The position numbers and the translations under genes were made by a program. A DNA stretch of 64,000 nucleotides from Elusimicrobiota bacterium (GTDB lineage Bacteria; Elusimicrobiota; Elusimicrobia; UBA1565; UBA9628), in assembly GCA_016182905.1 (NCBI GenBank), contig JACPFR010000052.1:6739-70738 (forward strand). The letters are read 5' to 3'. The notes beneath the pieces were generated by a model that saw only the letters and a list, made by a program, of their open reading frames with translations, was not told the origin of the DNA and did no database searches. How positions within the stretch are numbered: the stretch's first letter is position 1; every line of letters starts with the position of its first letter. Positions 61,006 through 64,000 of the stretch are shown here, one piece after another.

Positions 61006-62994
61006 ATGCCTCCGCTCATCGAGCTGCGCGGCGTCACGAAGACCTACCTCGTGGGCGGCGGCCGCCTCGACGTGCTGAAAGGCATCGACCTCACGGTCGA
61101 CGAAGGGGATTTCGTCGCGATCATGGGCCCCTCCGGCTCGGGCAAGTCCACCTTGACCCAGATCCTGGGCCTGCTCGACCGCCCGACCTCGGGCTCCTAC
61201 ACGCTGATGGGCCTCGACGTGTCCGCGCTCTCGGACGACGAGGGCGCCGCGCTGCGCTCGCGCACCATCGGCTTCGTGTTCCAGATGTTCAACCTGCTGG
61301 CGCGCACGAGCGCGCAGGACAACGTCGCCCTGCCGATGCTCTACACCGGCGATCCCGGCCGGGAGAAGCGCTCCGCCGAGGTGCTGGCCGAGGTCGGCCT
61401 CTCCGACCGCATGGACCACGCCCCGAACCAGCTTTCCGGCGGCCAGCAGCAGCGCGTGGCGATCGCCCGCGCCCTCGTCAACCGCCCGAAGATCATCTTC
61501 GCCGACGAGCCCACCGGGAACCTCGCCTCCGAGCAGGCCGAGGGGATACTCCACAAGCTCAGCGAGCTCAACAACTCGGGAATCACCGTCCTGATGGTCA
61601 CGCACGAGCCCGATATCGCCGCGTACGCCCAGCGCGTCATCAAGATCAAGGACGGCGTCGTCGTCTCCGACGAGCGCAATGCCTCGCCGCGCGGCGGCGC
61701 CGGGAAGGGCCGGGGCAAAGCCGCGGCCGCCGGGACGCTCGCTTCCGTCCCCCCCGTGCGGGAGCTCACCCTCGAGGAGCTGTTCGAGCACGTGCGCTCC
61801 GCCCTGCGCGCGATCCGCGCCAACAAGCTGCGCAGCGCCCTGTCGATGCTCGGCATCCTCATCGGCGTCACCGCGGTCATCGCGATGCTCGCCATCGGCA
61901 AGGGCGCGCAGAAATCCGTGGAGACCCAGCTGTCGAGCCTCGGCTCGAACCTGGTGATGCTCTTCCCGATGTCTCCTCGCTCGGGGGGAGGCGGGGCGCG
62001 AGGGGCGATGGGCTCCTTCAGCCGGCTCTCCATGGAAGACGTCGCCGCGATCCGCCGGGCGCACCCCGGCGTCGTGCGCGCCGCCGGCGAGGTCAGCGGC
62101 AACGTCCAGGTCGTGTACGGCGACAAGAACGCGAACACGAACCTGACCGGCGCCGAGCCCGAGTACGCGGACATGCGCAACTCCCAGGCCTACTACGGGC
62201 GGTTCTTCACGCCCGAGGAGAACGAGCAGATGGCGCGCGTCGTCCTGCTCGGCCCCACCGTCGTCACGGCCCTGTTCGGCGACGACGATCCCGTCGGCCG
62301 CACGATCAACGTCAACTCGGTCAAATTCCGGGTGATCGGGGTCCTGCCGCGCAAGGGGTCCGGCGGCTTCCAGGACCAGGACGACAAGATCGTCGTGCCG
62401 CTGAAGACCGCGATGAAGAAGGTCCTCGGCCGGCAGTACCTGGGCACCATCGCCATCGAGACGACGGGGCCGGAGCAGACCGGCGCCGTCATCGAGGCCG
62501 TGCGCGCGCTGATGCGCAAGAGCCACCGCCTGCCCGACTACAAGGAGGACGACTTCACCCTGCGCAACATGGCCGAGATCCAGGCCGCGCTGACCGGGAC
62601 CTCGAAGATATTCTCCCTCCTGCTGGGCATCGTCGCGGCGATCTCGCTCGTCGTCGGCGGCATCGGCATCATGAACATCATGCTCGTGTCCGTCAGCGAG
62701 CGCACCCGCGAGATCGGCCTGCGCAAGGCGATCGGCGCCACGCGCCGCGCGGTGCTCATCCAGTTCCTCATCGAGGCGGTCGCGATGTCCACCTGCGGCG
62801 GCCTGCTCGGCATCGCGCTCGGCATGGCGATCGCCTTCGGCATGTCCTATTTCGCGGGCTGGGCGGCGGTCGTCACGCCTCAGTCGGTCCTGCTCGCCTT
62901 CGTCTTCTCCTCCGGCACGGGGATCGTGTTCGGCTTCTGGCCGGCGCGCAAGGCGTCCTTGCTGTCGCCGATCGAAGCGCTCCGCTACGAGTGA
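61006..62994 (+). CDS. macB: MacB-type ABC transporter (fused ATPase + FtsX-like permease)
   Basis: Walker A GPSGSGKST, LSGGQQQRVAIARAL and Walker B IIFADEPTG. A 4-TM FtsX domain with a large periplasmic loop follows, ending ..PA.KA..L.P..ALRYE. Confidence 0.9.
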   Translation: MPPLIELRGVTKTYLVGGGRLDVLKGIDLTVDEGDFVAIMGPSGSGKSTLTQILGLLDRPTSGSYTLMGLDVSALSDDEGAALRSRTIGFVFQMFNLLARTSAQDNVALPMLYTGDPGREKRSAEVLAEVGLSDRMDHAPNQLSGGQQQRVAIARALVNRPKIIFADEPTGNLASEQAEGILHKLSELNNSGITVLMVTHEPDIAAYAQRVIKIKDGVVVSDERNASPRGGAGKGRGKAAAAGTLASVPPVRELTLEELFEHVRSALRAIRANKLRSALSMLGILIGVTAVIAMLAIGKGAQKSVETQLSSLGSNLVMLFPMSPRSGGGGARGAMGSFSRLSMEDVAAIRRAHPGVVRAAGEVSGNVQVVYGDKNANTNLTGAEPEYADMRNSQAYYGRFFTPEENEQMARVVLLGPTVVTALFGDDDPVGRTINVNSVKFRVIGVLPRKGSGGFQDQDDKIVVPLKTAMKKVLGRQYLGTIAIETTGPEQTGAVIEAVRALMRKSHRLPDYKEDDFTLRNMAEIQAALTGTSKIFSLLLGIVAAISLVVGGIGIMNIMLVSVSERTREIGLRKAIGATRRAVLIQFLIEAVAMSTCGGLLGIALGMAIAFGMSYFAGWAAVVTPQSVLLAFVFSSGTGIVFGFWPARKASLLSPIEALRYE

Positions 62995-63006
62995 TATAAT
63001 CCCCCC

Positions 63007-63990
63007 GTGGAGAGGATCACCGCGCTGTACATCGGACGCGTCGGCGACGTCATCGTCGCGACCTCCTTCCTGCGCGCGCTCCGCCGCCGCTGGCCGAAGG
63101 CGCGCATCCGCCTGATCGTCGGCTGGCGCTCGACGCAGGTGCTGCCCCTGATCCCGTTCATCGACGAGTCGCTGGTCCTCGGCAAGCCCGGGAGCGTCGG
63201 CGGCAACCTGAGGTTCGTCTGGAAGCTCCTCGCCGAGCCCTGCGACCTGATCGTCGACCTCAACTCCTCCTATTCGAAGACCTCCGCCTTGATCACCCGC
63301 GCGGCGCGCGCCCCCCGGCGCCTCGCCTTCGACAAGGGCGCCGGCCGCAGCGGGGCCTTCAACGAGGTCCTGCCCGCTCCGGCCGAGCGCGAGCACATGT
63401 GGGACCGCTACGGCCGCCTCGCCGCGGCTCTCGACGCGCCGTACGACCAGGACCCCGAGCTGCGCCTGCCCATCGCCGACCTCGACGAGGCCGACCGCCT
63501 TCTGGCCGCGATGCCGCCCGCGGGCGGAGGCTCCTTCCGCGTCGTGATCCATCCCGGCAACTTCGACCGCTTCTCCTTCCGCTGGCCCGAGGAGAAGTTC
63601 GCCGTGCTCGGCAACCGGCTGCTGGACGACGCGCGCGTGAAGCTGTTCTTCATGGGCGGCCCGGGCGAGCGCGAGAAGGTCGCCGCCATCGTCGCCAAGC
63701 TCAAGCGCCCTGTGCCGATCCTTCCCGCCGCGCGCCTGGGCGTCAGCGGCGCCATGCTCAAGCGCATGAACCTGTTCGTGTGCAACATCACGGGGACGAC
63801 CCACCTCGCCGCCGCCCTGGGCGTCCCGACGTTCGGCTTCTACGCGGGCTACACCCAGGCGGTGTGGCGTCCCCGCGGCGCGCGCCACGGCGGGACGGTG
63901 TGCTCCGAGTGGGAGTCGTGCCGGGAGACGACCGTCGACGAGGCGCACGCCGCGCTCGCCGACCACATCAAGCGCCTCAGCCCGCTTTAG
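63007..63990 (+). CDS. glycosyltransferase family 9 (LPS heptosyltransferase-like)
   Basis: The N-terminus is GDVIVATSFLRALRRRWP.ARI.L. C-terminal blocks are HPG.......RWP.EKF..L and L....LFV.N.TG..HLAAA.G.PT.G.Y. GTG start. Confidence 0.78.
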   Translation: MERITALYIGRVGDVIVATSFLRALRRRWPKARIRLIVGWRSTQVLPLIPFIDESLVLGKPGSVGGNLRFVWKLLAEPCDLIVDLNSSYSKTSALITRAARAPRRLAFDKGAGRSGAFNEVLPAPAEREHMWDRYGRLAAALDAPYDQDPELRLPIADLDEADRLLAAMPPAGGGSFRVVIHPGNFDRFSFRWPEEKFAVLGNRLLDDARVKLFFMGGPGEREKVAAIVAKLKRPVPILPAARLGVSGAMLKRMNLFVCNITGTTHLAAALGVPTFGFYAGYTQAVWRPRGARHGGTVCSEWESCRETTVDEAHAALADHIKRLSPL

Positions 63991-64000
63991 CGAGCAGGCC

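Overview
Very GC-rich bacterial chromosomal segment from a diderm organism: it carries lpxD, a GT9 heptosyltransferase, several TolC-type channels, and TonB/TolA plus ExbB/ExbD genes. All protein calls rest on motifs read by eye in the supplied ORF translations; no database search was possible.

Layout:
- 1-5 kb: housekeeping genes (PASTA protein tail, rpe, rpsP-KH-trmD-rplS, rnhB, yraN-like, tatC).
- 5.5-8.3 kb: unusual 945-aa fusion of a PQ-loop membrane domain, a uridine-kinase-like domain and an adenylate kinase.
- 8.4-13.3 kb: redox and central-metabolism genes (FprA-type reductase, malic enzyme, long-form isocitrate dehydrogenase), bracketed by two copies of a nested palindromic intergenic element.
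- 13.3-22 kb: ampG, ExbB-ExbD-ExbD, a large TPR protein and a TolA/TonB-like transducer.
- 22.2-29.2 kb: nine-gene, translationally coupled operon (membrane protein, three zinc-ribbon/DUF4178-type genes, micro-ORF, DUF350, membrane-anchored spermidine-synthase-like enzyme, TAT-signal FAD oxidoreductase).
- 29.3-35 kb: minus-strand operon joining a split transketolase to a GMC oxidoreductase, small unknown proteins and an EEP-family phosphoesterase.
- 35-37.8 kb: nucleoside salvage genes (PNP, pyrimidine nucleoside phosphorylase, upp).
- 42.2 kb: tRNA-His.
- 42.3-49.9 kb: visibly lower-GC island carrying a methyltransferase, SDR, thioesterase, a TolC-RND-short-adaptor pump and MarR.
- 49.9-64 kb: envelope genes (lpxD, DUF1304, DUF481, TetR-TolC-RND, ECF sigma/anti-sigma, TolC-MacA-MacB, heptosyltransferase).

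The most novel-looking locus is at 37.9-39.9 kb. Three tandem paralogous small ORFs encode 2-3 copies each of an A-Q-F-x-x-C-V-W-P-x-x-C unit. Each ORF has its own terminator. They sit next to an FNR-type regulator with C-X2-C-X5-C cysteine spacing, and a perfect TTGAT-N4-ATCAA box lies upstream of the nearest peptide gene.

No CRISPR array, rRNA, transposase or integrase was seen.
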